The notes beneath the pieces are model-generated. The model saw only the letters and a program-made list of their open reading frames with translations. It was not told where the DNA came from and ran no database searches. DNA of 63,790 nt, counting the filler, from Hyphochytrium catenoides (taxonomy: Eukaryota; Protista; Hyphochytriomycota), in the NCBI GenBank assembly GCA_900088475.1. It is 5 parts of 5 records of this genome, joined end to end, with 100 filler letters (N's around TTAATTAATTAA, not from the genome) between each part and the next. Parts side by side here need not be neighbours in the genome. Positions count along the whole stretch, not along the records: positions 1 to 23,809 come from FLMG01004267.1; positions 23,910 to 46,282 come from FLMG01001548.1; 3 more parts are not named here. The stretch is one strand, 5' to 3'. Below, one piece after another: positions 13,721-25,753 of this stretch. How positions within the stretch are numbered: position 1 is the first letter of the stretch; each line of letters opens with the position of its first letter. A program made the position numbers and the translations under genes.

Positions 13721-14397
13721 TAATATATCTCTTTCTCTTTTCTCTCTCTGCATCTGTCCCTCTTGTCTTACTTTTCTTAGTCTCTCTGCATTGAATATCT
13801 GCATGTCTTCTCAAGTTCTCTCCTTTGTCAAACTGGGCCATCCTTTCAGAGAGTTTGCTACAGTTCCTCTTCTCTCTCTATATATATATATATGTCTCTC
13901 TCTCTTTCTCTTTCTCTCTCTTACTCTCTCTTACTCTCACCCTCGCCATCACCCACACGGCACTCTCTCCCTAGTCCCCTGACCTCCTCTCTCTCCTCTC
14001 TCTTTCTCTTATCTCTTGGTCCTTTTTGCTTCCACTCACTTTTCCGTTGCCCCTTCTCCCCTTCCGCGGTCTGCGTGTTTGTAGGTTTCCTCTATCCTTT
14101 CTTTTTCCTCGTACTCACACTCTCTTTCCCTCTCCCACCATCTCTTCCTTTCTCACTTCTTTCTCCCGCTTTCCATTCATTTCTCCGTCTACCTCTTCCC
14201 TCTGATTTGGGTCTTCCTCCCTCTCTCTCTCCTCCATTTTCTCTTTCTCTCCTTTCTTTCTACTTTATCTTTCTCCCCCTCTCTCTTTACGTCTCTCTGT
14301 CCCTTTTTTCTATCTCTTATTCCCTTCTTTTCTCTTAATCCCTTCCTTTCACTCCTTTTCTCTCTTTCTCTCTCTCCTCCCCTCTCTCTCTTCTCTC

Positions 14398-14437
<40 letters not shown>

Positions 14438-15717
14438 GGTGCGGGGTCCGTCTGTATGCGTCTGAGCAGGGTTCTCACTCTCTTTCTTGTGAGCGCCGTC
14501 TCGTTCCCTGCGGAGTGGGCGCCCAACAGTGCGCCAGACCTCTCAGAGCCTGGGTCGGAGGAGACATTGGAAACAAGTAAGAGGAGAGAGAGAGTAAGAG
14601 AGAGAGAGAGGGAGGGAAAGAGAGAGAGGGAGGGAAAGAGAGAGAGGGAGAGAAAGAGAGAGAGGGAGGGAAAGAGAGAGAGAGAGAGAGAGAGAGACCA
14701 CAAACGACTAAACGGAGAGCAGACAGGAAGAGATTCAGAAGTAAGAAGAGGAAGAAAAAGAGAGAGAGAGAGATCAAGAAGAAAACAGAGGAAGAAAGGG
14801 AACAAATTGAAGAGGATAAGAAAGAAAAAACGAATGAAAAGAGAGCGCCAATAGTCGAGATGGAAAGCGAAGAGAGACAGATGGGAGAGAAAGAGAGAGA
14901 TGGCTTTCTTCATCAGGTCACTCTGCTTCTGACCCTACTACAATTTGGTGTGTTTGCTCTACTTTTTTCTCTTCTTCTCTCTTCTTTCTTTCCTTTCACT
15001 ATCTTTCTCTCTTCTCTCTCATGCGCAGAAAAGGAACTTTAATCAAATGCAAAGCCCACGGCGAGTTCGGTCTCCACTGGGCAATCACGGAGGAGTGGGG
15101 AGGAGAGAGACCAATGGCAGGAGAGAAAACAGAAGAGAAGAGAGGGAAGAAGAGAGAAGAAAGTGAGGCTCCTCTCCCTCTGGTTCAATGGTTCTGCTCT
15201 CTACTGGATCCGAAGGCATTCGAGCAAGAGTCAGAGGTACGAGGAAGAGAGACGCCAACGGAGGGAGAAGACTATTAGGAAGAAGATACAAAGAGAGAGA
15301 GAGAGAGAGAGAGAGAGAAGGGAGGATAGAGAGCTTGCAAGACTAGAGAAATCTGTAGGAAGACTTTTCTCTCCGGTCTCTCCTTTAGTGTCTCTATCTT
15401 GCCTCTCCCCACTTGCCGGTATCTCTCACATGACCTCTCCCTCTCTCCCCCGTCTCTCTCCCTTCTCCTCTCTCTCTCTCTCTCTCTCTCTCCCTGTGTC
15501 TCTCTCTCTGTCTCTCTCTCTCGCCCTAGTCTCTCCTGCACTCTCCCCTGACCTTGGCTTCCTATAAAGGAAACGCTGGAGCTGTGAAGATTCTTCTGAA
15601 GGCGGGCGCCGCGCCGGCGATGGAGCTCTCGACAGGAGCCACGCCGCTATTGGAGGCAATCAAGGGAGGACATAAGGAGATAGTCAGGTGAGAGAGAGAG
15701 AGAGAGAGAGAGACAGG

Positions 15718-15750
<33 letters not shown>

Positions 15751-15922
15751 GGGGGAGAGAGAAGGGAGAGGGAAACAAGAAGGAAGATGTGAGAGAGCAA
15801 GAACCGGGGAAGCCAAGGAGATTGAATATAATTAGAGAGAAGAAGAAGACGGCGTATGGAGAGAGAGAGAGAAAAGGAGGAAGATAGAGATCAAGGGAAG
15901 GAGTCAGAGAGAGAGAGACAGA

Positions 15923-15961
<39 letters not shown>

Positions 15962-17878
15962 GGCGGGACAGAGGGGAGCCGAAGAGGGGTCGGGAGGGCG
16001 ATGGGAAGATCAGAGAGATATCCCCAAGAGCAGTGAAGCGAGGAGAAAGAGAGAGAAGAAGAGAGAGAGACAAGGAAGAAATAAAGTCTCTGAAATGAGG
16101 GCACACAAGGAGTCAGAGCCACGTAACAAAAGAGTAATGGTCGGCGTCTCTTTTCCTCTCTCTTTCTCTCTGTTTCTCTCTCCTGTGTGTCTCTCTTTGG
16201 TATGTGTGTGTATGTCTGTCTGCGTCCTTCTCTCTCTCTCCGTCTCTGTCTCTCTCTCTCTCTCTCTCCCTCCCCTTCACAGACTATTGCTGGACTACCG
16301 GGTGGATCTCGGTCGTCCTAACAAACACAAGCAGACATGGAGGACGGTTCTCCCTCAGTACGAGACAGAGAGAGAGAGAAAAGACAGAGAAGACAGACAA
16401 GAAAGAGGAGAGACTGGGACAGGAGATACCATCAAAGAGCTCTTGGATGAGAGAGAGAGACTGGAAAGAGAACAAAAGGAACTCTTTCGCGCTATCTCCT
16501 GCTCGGACTATGAGAAGCTCGACTCTCTCCTTGGGCGGGGAGGAGAGAAGATTACCTTCTCTCCTCACCAGACGGAGTTGTTAAGAGAAGAGGAGGAAAA
16601 GAGAAAGAGAGAAGAAGAAGAGAAATATGAAGAGATGATCAGCGCTCAAAAGGAGGTAGGAAAGAGAATGCACAGACAGAGAGAGAGAGAAGAAGAAAGA
16701 GAGAGCAAAAGAGTAGGACAGGAAGAGTCTTTAGAGAGAATAGGAGAAGGTAGAGAGAGAAAGAAAGGGAGAGTTCGACAGTGATAATAGAAAAGGGGGA
16801 GAGAGAAAAAGAGAGAGAGAGCGCACCAGATGGTCACGGTGAAGATGGATAGACAGTCACTAAGAGAAGGGGAAGAGGCCCAACCATCATGAAAGAGGAG
16901 AGAGAACAGAGCTTGAGGGAGTGGGGCCAAGTAATGCCTTTCTTCTTTCATCAGTCCCCTAACTATGTTTCTCTCTCTCCTCTTCTTCTTGTGCTCTCTC
17001 TTTCTCTCTCTCTTTCTCTCTCTCATTCTCTTCTCTTCTCTTTACCCTTTCTCTTATCTCTCTTGCTCTCCTCCTCGTCTCGGTCTCTCCACTCCAACCT
17101 TTCATCCATGAACTCCATCCCTCTCTCTGTCTCTCTAATTTTCACTTCCGTCCTCTCGTTAACTCCTCTCTTCACTCATACTCTCTCTCGTCGTTTTTGC
17201 CTTCATCTTCGTTCCTTCTTCTTCTCTCTCCGTTTTTTCCTCTTGCTCTCTCTCCCCTCTTCTGTTTCCTCCCTTTTTTTCTCTTGTGTCCGACCGTTTC
17301 TCTCTCTCTCTCTCCCGCCCCCCTTTCTCTCTCTCTCTCTGTCTCTCTCTCTCTCCCACACACACACACACGCACATCTCTCTCTCTCTCTCTCTCCCAG
17401 TCTGTATCAGCTCAGCAGCAGTTGGCTGTCCAGCGGTCGGCGCTGGTCCGCTGCCTGGACCGCTTGGAGGTGCTGGAGCATCAGCAGACAGCCACCAGGA
17501 AAGAACTCGATAAATACTCAGAGCAGACACTCCGGGTAACCTCCTTTCACTCTCTCTTTTTCTCTCTCGTTTTCTCTCTCTCTTTTTCTCTCTCTCACGC
17601 TCTTGCCCCTCATCCCGCCTTTGTTCTCTCTCTCTCTTTAGTCTTTTTTCTCTCTTTATCCTCAATCTTCTCCTTATTACCACTCTTTGTCCTCTCTCTT
17701 CTTCTCTCTCCCGGGGTTCTCTCTCTCTCTCTCCCGGATTTCTCTCTCTCCACGCCCCGTCTCACACTGCTTGCTCCATTGTTCTGTTTGCCGCCGGCTC
17801 TGTCTCTCTCTTCCTTTCTCTACGCTCTCTCACACACTTTCTGTCTCCCCTCTCTCTCTCCTCTCTCTCTCTCGCCTT

Positions 17879-17910
<32 letters not shown>

Positions 17911-20900
17911 AAGCGACATGAGGAGCTGGCGCTTCGCCTCCAAGGAGACGTGAGGAGAGACCTCCTGATAACTCTTAGGCAAAAGTCTCCTCCCTCTCTC
18001 TTTGTCTTCCACACTCTCTCCGCTGTCTCTTTCCTGCTTGACCCGGCCGAGGGTCTCTCTCTCTTCTCCCCTTCGCCACAAGGGGAGACAGAGAGAGAAA
18101 GAGGGAAAGAAGAGAGAGAGAGAAGGAGAAAGGCTCAATGGACAGCCATTGGGAAGAGACTTTCGGAGAGAGACTTGGTCGGGAAGCTTGTACGTTTCAA
18201 CGTCCAGAGTTTCTCTCTCTCTCTTCTCTCTTCTCTTCGAGAGACTTTCTTCCGTCATCAGCCTTTCAAAGGCCTGCTTTCATCTCTTTCTCTCTCTCCC
18301 TCTTCCGATTCAGCTTCTCTCTCTTCCTCTCTCTCTCCCACGTCTCTCGATGTACTTCTAGAGCAACTGGAAAATTGGGAGAGAGAGTTTCCTTGGATTC
18401 TTCCTCTCTTCTCTATAAAGGACGAAGCAGAGGAAGAAGAGAGGAGAAAGAAGGAAGAGAGAAAAGAAGGAAGAGAAGAAGAGCTGAGGATGGCGGAAAA
18501 TGTTCCCGGAATAGAACGGAAAGAGAGAGAGAAAGAAGGGAGAGAGAAAGTACAGGAGAGGAAGGGAGATGACGGAGGAGAGAAAACTCAGGGCGGAGGA
18601 GAGAGCGAGAGAGGAAGAACTCTTATTGTCACGCTCGCTTTCTATGTCATGTTTGTCTCTCTCGAGGGCTATCTTCTCTCTCTCCGGCAGCAGCTGGAAC
18701 AGAAAGAGAGAGACCTCGAGAAAGAGAGAGAAAAAGCAGAAGAGAAAGTGAAAGAAGAGAGAAGAGAGGTGGGGAGAAAGATCCCGGAGTGCAGACTGCA
18801 GGAGAGCTCGTACCAAGAACTGCAGGAAGAATATCGGCGGCTGAAGAGAGAAAGAGAGAGAGCAGGAAAGAGAGTCTGGGTCTCCCGGCTTCTCTCATTT
18901 ACTACTCTGTCAGGTACAGGATTACCCAGAGTTCAGGACACCAGAAAGAACCAAGGAGGGTGAAAGAAAGAGAGAGAAAACGAGAGAGAGAGAGAGAGGA
19001 GAGAGAGAGAAGGGGAGAGAGAGAAGGGAAAAAGTGAGAAGTGAGAGAGAGGAAGTGAGAGAGAAAAAGTATCATAAGTGAGAGAAAGATAGAGATGGAG
19101 TAACCCAGGGCGAAAGTGAGTGAAGAGAGAGAGGAGAGGAGGACAGGAAAGAGAGAGAGAGAGAGAGAAAGAAAGAGAGAAGGCAGCTTCATGATCAACT
19201 AAGGACGGGCAGAAGATTTGGAAGCAAAGATAGAGACAGAGGGAAACAGGGAAGCATCAGCTCAAACTCCACCTCTCTTCTTATGTCTCTTACTCTCTCT
19301 CTCTTTCTCTTTGATTGCTTTTGTCTCTCCTTTCGCCTCTCTCTCTCTCTCCTTTTCAGGCCATCACGCTCTCTCCTGGGCGTCTCTCTACGGCGATGCG
19401 GGAGTAGTACGCAGTCTTTTGGAGAGAGGAGCGAACCCTTCTTACAGCGACGAGGTGATGCGGGCCGCCGCCTCTGTAATAAAGACAGTCTACAGGTATT
19501 CCTTTCTCTCTCTTTCTCTCTCTCTCTCCCTCTTTNNNNNNNNNNNNNNNNNNNNNNNNNNNNNNNNNNNNNNNNNNNNNNNNNNNNNNNNNNNNNNNNN
19601 NNNNNNNCTCTTCTCTTTTCTTGGTTTGTTTCTCTCTTTTCGGTTGTCTGTTCGTCTCCCTTTCTGACTTCTGACAACTACTTTTCACGTTTACCAGACG
19701 TCACAAGCTTAGGCTTCCAAGGCAACCCGCAGGCGTTGGGCAGGAGAAGCAAAAGAGAGAGAAAAGAGAAGGAGTGGACTCTTCTCTCCTCTCTTCTTCT
19801 CCTTCCTCTCTCTCTCGACTCCGGGAGCTGATCTTTGCTTTTACTCTGACAGCTCTTCTCTCTCAGCTGCGCACGGCAATGGGAAAGAGCAGACTACCGA
19901 TCATCGAGGCTGCATATAACTGCAACGTACGCAGTCTCTCCCTCTTTCTTTCTTAGCCGGTCTCTCTCTTTCGTCAGTCTCTTTCTTTCCTTGCTTCTCT
20001 CTGTCCTCTTCTTTTTCTCCTTATTCTCCGTATCCTGATCTTCTTTTATACTTTCACCTTTTTCTTTGAATACCTTCTCTGTTCCTCCTCTATTTCTTTC
20101 CTAATCGCTGTGTGTCTCTCTTCTTTTTTTCACGTTTTCTAATTTGCTTTGTTATCTGTCTTATCTCTCTCCCCTGTCTCACTTCCTCCTCTCTCTCTCT
20201 CTCCCTCTCTTGCTCTTCTCTCTGTGTCTATCTCTCCTCTTTTCTCTCTCTGTCTCTCTCTCTCTTTCTCTCTCGTCCTCTCTCTGTCCCTTATCTCCCG
20301 ATTCTACTCTACTGTCTCCCTCTCCTTTTTATCTCTCTCTCCCTCTCTACTTCGTTCTCTCTCTTTCTCTCTCTCCTTTCTCTCCCTACAACTTCGTTCC
20401 CTCTCTCCAGTATGAGGCGGTAGATATTCTTCAGCAGCACGGCGCGAGTGCCGTCCATCGGACCTTTGTCTTCCCTTCCTCTCCCCCGCCCTACCGCCAT
20501 AACCCAGGACGAAAGATAGATCGTCTGTTTTCTCTCTCTCTCCTCACTTCGTCTAATAAGGAAGGGATAGAGGGAGAGGACCTCCAGAGGGCAGAGGAAG
20601 GAGAGAGACAACTAGAGAGAGAAAGGGAGAGAGAAGAGGCGCTTCTCTCTGTCAGTGAAGACGGGCTTAGGCTGCAGGACTGCCCTAAACTGCACGAGGC
20701 AACCATAAACAGGTACAATCTGTCTCCCCCCTCGCTCTCTCTCGCTCTCTCTCGCTCTCTCTCTCTTTTCTTCTATCTTTGTATTTCACTATCTCTCTCT
20801 CTCTTTCTCTTTTCTCTCTCTGCCCCTTCACGTTTTCTCAGGCTTTCTCTTTGGGGATCTTTCTTCTTCCATGAATTCTCTTTCACCTCGCTCTGTTGTT

Positions 20901-21486
20901 GCCCCCTCCTCATTGTCTTTCTCCTCCTTTCCCTCTGCCGCTATTGATCGAATATAAACCATCTCTCTCTCTCTCTCTCTCTTCTTTCCCATTCTGCTCA
21001 CTTTCCGATAGGCTCGCTGTCATAACCACGCCGGTAAGATTGGGCAGTAAGTCGACTCTTCTCTCTCTCTCTCTCTCTCTCTCTTTCCAGCTGCTGGCTC
21101 TTCTCTCTCTCTCTCTCTCTGCCATGGTTTTTTTTCTCTTCTTTACCTCACTTTCTATTACCCTCCCCTCGGAAGACTCTGTTCGTAGGATCAATAACAG
21201 TCACCTCTCTTTCTGTGCTCTCTCTCTCTCTGTGTCTATCTCTCCGTGTCTCTCTCTCTCTGTCTGTGTCTGTCTCTTGGTCTCTTGCCCCCATTTTTCC
21301 TCTTCAATCTACACGTTTCTGTCTCGCTTCTTGCGTCTCTGGCTCTCTTTCCCTCTTTTTCTTGCTTCTTGACGTTCTTGAGCGCCACTTTCTTCTTCTT
21401 CTTCTCCTTCACCTCCTCTGTGTCCCTTTCTTCCCTCCTTCCNNNNNNNNNNNNNNNNNNNNNNNNNNNNNNNNNNNNNNNNNNNN

Positions 21487-21524
<38 letters not shown>

Positions 21525-21576
21525 CCTCTCTTTTTGAATCTCTGTATCATTCGCACTCACTCTGTGTCTATCACGT

Positions 21577-21608
<32 letters not shown>

Positions 21609-22907
21609 TAGAGGGTCGACCTAACTCTCCCGCGGTGACGACAGCGGAAAGTCTCCGTTCTTACGTTGAGAATCTCTTGGAGGAGAGAAAAAGAGAGGAA
21701 GACGAAAAAAAGACAGAGAAACGAATGAGGAAAAAGGCGAAAGAGAAGGAAGCTTTAGAAAAAGAGAAAGGAGAGAAGGTGCCAACACTTCCTGCTGTCT
21801 TTCTCCTCCTCTGTACTCTTAGTTCCCAAGTGACGTTGCTCTCTCTTTTGGCTTGTCTCTTTTCTCAGCTGTCTCTCTCTCTCTCTCTCTTTCCTTGTCT
21901 CTCCTCGCTTTCCCTTTCTTTCTCTCTGTTGCTCTAGACCGGAAAATTCTCTCTCTCCTCTTCTCTCTCTCTCTCTTCTGCCTGGCGCGTGTTGGCCTCC
22001 GTTTCCCTCTCATCCTATCTTACCAATCTCTCTCTTCTTCATATATTAGCAAACCCTTTCTCTCTCTCTTTCCTGTTCTCTTCAACGTTCTCTTCTCCGA
22101 TCTCTTTGATTCTCTTCTCCTCTCTCTCTGCCCTTCAATACGCTCCTCTTCTCTCTCTGTTTCTCTCCTCCTCACTTCCTTTCTCTCTCTGTCTTCTCTC
22201 CTGTCGGTGTCTTCTATTCTCTCTCTTTCTCCTTTCTCTCCCATTTATCTCACTCTCTCTCCCTTTCTCTCTCTCTCTCCCTTTCTCTCTCTCTCTCCCC
22301 TGGGGTCTCTCTCCCAGATGACGTGTGCTATTCTCTCTTTTGACTTCTCTCTCGCCCTGGAGCTGCTGCGGCAGGGGGCGGATCCTCAGCATGAAACGCC
22401 AGAGGAAGGATTCACTCTTCTCACCAGAGCCGCAGAAACAGAGGAGAAAATGATTGATGAGGAAGATGGTGCTCTCTCTTTCTCTTTTTCTCTCTCCCTC
22501 CGTCTATCTCTGTCTCGCTTTGTCTGTCTCTCTGTGTCTCTCTCTCTCTTTCTCTCTCTCTTTAGTCTCATCCTTTTCTTTCTCTCCACATACTTCCGTA
22601 TTTCTTAATTTTGTCTGCCAAAACTCTTCAGAGCTTTTCTTCTTTGGCTGATGGTCTCTCTCTCTCCCATGCATCTCTCTCTATTTCTCTCTCTCTTTCG
22701 CTCTCTTTCTCTGATTTTAGGAGAGGAGCTTCTCCCCGTGGAGTTCTTCCTTCGCAAGGTTCCTCTCTCTCTCCGCCCGCGCGTCTCCTTTGAGAGTCGA
22801 AAGGGTTGGTTTCCCCTCCTCCGCGCCGCCCATCGGGGCCACCTCTCCACAGCGAGAATATTGATCAAACATGGAGCAAAGGTCTCTCTCTCTCTCCCTC
22901 TCTCTCC

Positions 22908-22943
<36 letters not shown>

Positions 22944-22960
22944 TCCTCTCTCTCGCTCAT

Positions 22961-22994
<34 letters not shown>

Positions 22995-23235
22995 CCCTTC
23001 TCTTCTGTGGAGTGGGCTGGCCGTAGCCTTGTTCCTTCTATTGGGACCCTCTCTCTCTCCTCGTTTCTCTCTTCCAGCTCCTTCTTGCTGTTTCTCTCTC
23101 TCATGACACTTTCTCTCTCTCTCTCTCTCTCTCCCCTCTTGCCTACTCTCTCTGCTACTCCTCTCTCTCTATTTATACAGGTTAGCCAACGCAGCCAAGG
23201 GCTAGGAACCACGCCGCTTATTGCCGCGACCAAGT

Positions 23236-23267
<32 letters not shown>

Positions 23268-23530
23268 ATGTCTCTCTCTCTCTCTCTCTCCCTCCCCTTC
23301 CGCTTCCTCTGTTTCCTTTGTTCTCTTCCCGTTGTTGTTCTCTCTCTTCCTTCTTCTCTTTCTTTCACCCTATATATACCTGTCGACTCTTTTTACTCCT
23401 CTTCGTGGCTCTCTCTCCACTGTCGAAATGTCTTTANNNNNNNNNNNNNNNNNNNNNNNNNNNNNNNNNNNNNNNNNNNNNNNNNNNNNNNGAGCTTCTT
23501 CTGAGCTGTGGAGCAAATCCACTGCAAAAG
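4755..23530 (+). CDS. Giant multi-exon protein: ankyrin repeats, many TRAF-type zinc fingers, coiled coil with dynein-stalk-like segment, IQ-like motif, further ankyrin repeats. 3' end is cut by the scaffold end and the start is uncertain.
   Basis: Ankyrin motifs: GERTPLMVAAARGHTEMVRLLLSSG (~5570-5650), HSALSWACITG (~6740), GRTPLMHAAYHG (~6880), HSPLTLASYKG and GATPLLEAIKGGH (15530-15687), HHALSWASLYG (19360), GWFPLLRAAHRGH (22800), GTTPLIAATK (23205). Repeated H...C..R...CP..CG TRAF-type fingers occur in exons from 7741 to 14576. More than 20 exons lie on one strand with GT-AG borders. N gaps hide some junctions, so it could be two genes. Confidence 0.8.
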
Positions 23531-23853
23531 GTAAGAGAGAAGAGAAGTGGACACCATAATAAAACGGATCTGAGAAGGAGAGAGACTGAGAGAGAAAGAG
23601 AAACAGTGATAGAGAGGTGAAGAGAGAGAGAGAGAGAGAGAGAGAAATAGTGACTACGTGCGTGTGCGAATCAGGAGGAAGGGAGAGACAGAAGAGGGAG
23701 AAAGAAAAGGGGTCTTTCTAAGCAACTTCAGGAGGAAAGTCGTGCTTTAGGAGAATGTCTAGTCTTACTTCCCTTACTGAACTCTTTCTCTCTCTCTGTC
23801 TCTCTCTCTNNNNNNNNNNNNNNNNNNNNNNNNNNNNNNNNNNNNNNNNNNNN

Positions 23854-23865
23854 TTAATTAATTAA
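23854..23865. other. Artificial scaffold linker TTAATTAATTAA between N runs
   Basis: Six-frame stop linker flanked by Ns; identical at four positions. Confidence 0.97.
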
Positions 23866-24853
23866 NNNNNNNNNNNNNNNNNNNNNNNNNNNNNNNNNNN
23901 NNNNNNNNNAATGCCTCACCTGCATTCTGTCTTTCCTGATCCCTTTCTTCTCAACCACGTCCTCCCAAAATTGAGGGCCAAAAACATTTTACAACCAGGA
24001 AATTCGGGGTCCACAAGTGGAAAACCTAAAGGGTCAGGATGTGTGCTCCCCTATTTTCGAGTCATAAGCCACTTTAAACAGATAATTTCGATATTTTAGT
24101 AGAAACGGAACCCCACCGTCAGCTAAATCGGACTTCAAAACACCAATAGCTTCGGTAAAGTACCACATAAATTTGGGTCGTTGGCGTCCAAAATTGAGGT
24201 TGTTCGCCTTTCTCACCTTCACTAGTCGTGCAAGCCAAACTCTTCTTCCCCTTCTTCCGCTAATGAAAAATTCTGTGAAGGCGGCAGCACTTGACTTCTG
24301 TTGGCCATCGGCGGCCCGACAACTCATCGGCGTTGTTTCTCAGATTCTCAGACGCGACTAATAACAGTGGGAGGATCAGCAATTAACCAACCACCACTCA
24401 GTGTCTCACCTAATAAGTAGTCCTACCTCCTCCTTCTACTTCTTTCTATCTCTATCATCCTACAGTAGCTGCACAACAAACCTTGTACTACTGTTGTTGT
24501 GGTACAGGAGGAGGGAGGTTAACATCAAACAGACGTCCCTTTCCTGCAGACGATAGCATGGAGGTCTACATTACCAGATAACACTCGTGGGGCTATCGCG
24601 TTGTCACTCTTATCCGTTTGCCTGATTGAAGCCTCCTCCTGAGAGAACTGAAGATATTCTCATGATGGAACTTGCAATTCTAGGGCCATTTACAGGACAC
24701 AGACCGATAAATTTCCAGCCAAAGGATCCAACACCTTGTGTAGAACTACTGCTGGCAATGGGGCTGCTCCACTTCCGATCTTCATCTCATTCTTCATCTA
24801 CTTTCCCTTCACTTTTTCGGACCACTGTCCTGACTCCTGAGACAAAGAAAGCG

Positions 24854-25753
24854 ATGGACCTATCAGAACCCGAGGTTCAAGTGGCCTCAATCAGACCCAC
24901 CAACACGGTTGCTCGCTCCTTCAGGGATGGATACACCAACTCGATGGTGAAGTTCCTGGTATGATGATGGCTGCTGTTCGTCCATAAGAGGCATCTTCTT
25001 GAAGAGCCGTTTCTCGAGGCTGCTTCTTCTTCGTCGCTTGGCGACCGGCCTCAACGCAGAAGCGAGGAACAGAGCGGCAGAGAGGACGCAGAGGAAGTAA
25101 CGATCATCGTCGGTGCTTCTTCTTTGGACGAGGCCACCATAAAGACTCTCCTGAAACGGTGCCCCGATTTGCCTCCAATAATCAAGTTTGCAGAGCTAAC
25201 GGCAAAGGACTTCATGACCTGACTTGTCACACTTAGGAAAAGAGATGGCACAAACCCCGGGTATTCCACTTACAACGGGCATAGAGCGGACCTCTTCAAC
25301 CTCTACAGGGACTACGGACAACAGTTGATGTCCCGGACGCTTAAGAAGGAGCTACAAAACCACTTCAAGGGCCTTGAGAGGGCAGACAGCAGCAGCAATA
25401 GGCGCTGGGGACGGCAAGTGCAAAGTGGGTAAAGCTCCTCTCTCATTCACGCTGCAACAATCTCTGTCCATCGAGATGCTTCGGAGAAACTCTAGGGATT
25501 TTATTTTGCAAGGACGTTTCATCAATCATTTGCTGGAATCTGATGTCTCGAGCAGGCAGCAACGCCTTTTCTGTATGCTACGACCGCATGGAGTTCTTTG
25601 AAGATGCGTTGCGCTTTTGTTTTGCTCAAATGAAGAATGACCAGTTTGGTGAACGTCCTAGAGACCCCAGACATATCTATGCAAACCCTATAATGCCAGC
25701 AATCTGCCCAATGCTAGCACTTGGCTATAATACTGGCTCTCTTACCCGTTCTC
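24854..25753 (+). pseudogene. Decayed Crypton-type (tyrosine recombinase) transposon ORF, truncated by an LTR insertion
   Basis: Fragments across frameshifts and stops: YSTYNGHRADLFNLYRDYG, KVGKAPLSF, WNLMSRAG, FAQMKNDQFGERPRDPRHIYANPIMPAICPMLALG. These resemble stramenopile Crypton recombinases. Confidence 0.78.

Noticed and set aside
23810-23909. Palindromic TTAATTAATTAA repeated four times (also 46327, 52816, 61965)
   Set aside because: Always centred in N runs. It is a six-frame-stop linker from scaffold concatenation, not biology.
24034-24327. 97-aa minus-strand ORF at the scaffold start
   Set aside because: No recognisable family and interrupted by stops downstream; it cannot be supported.
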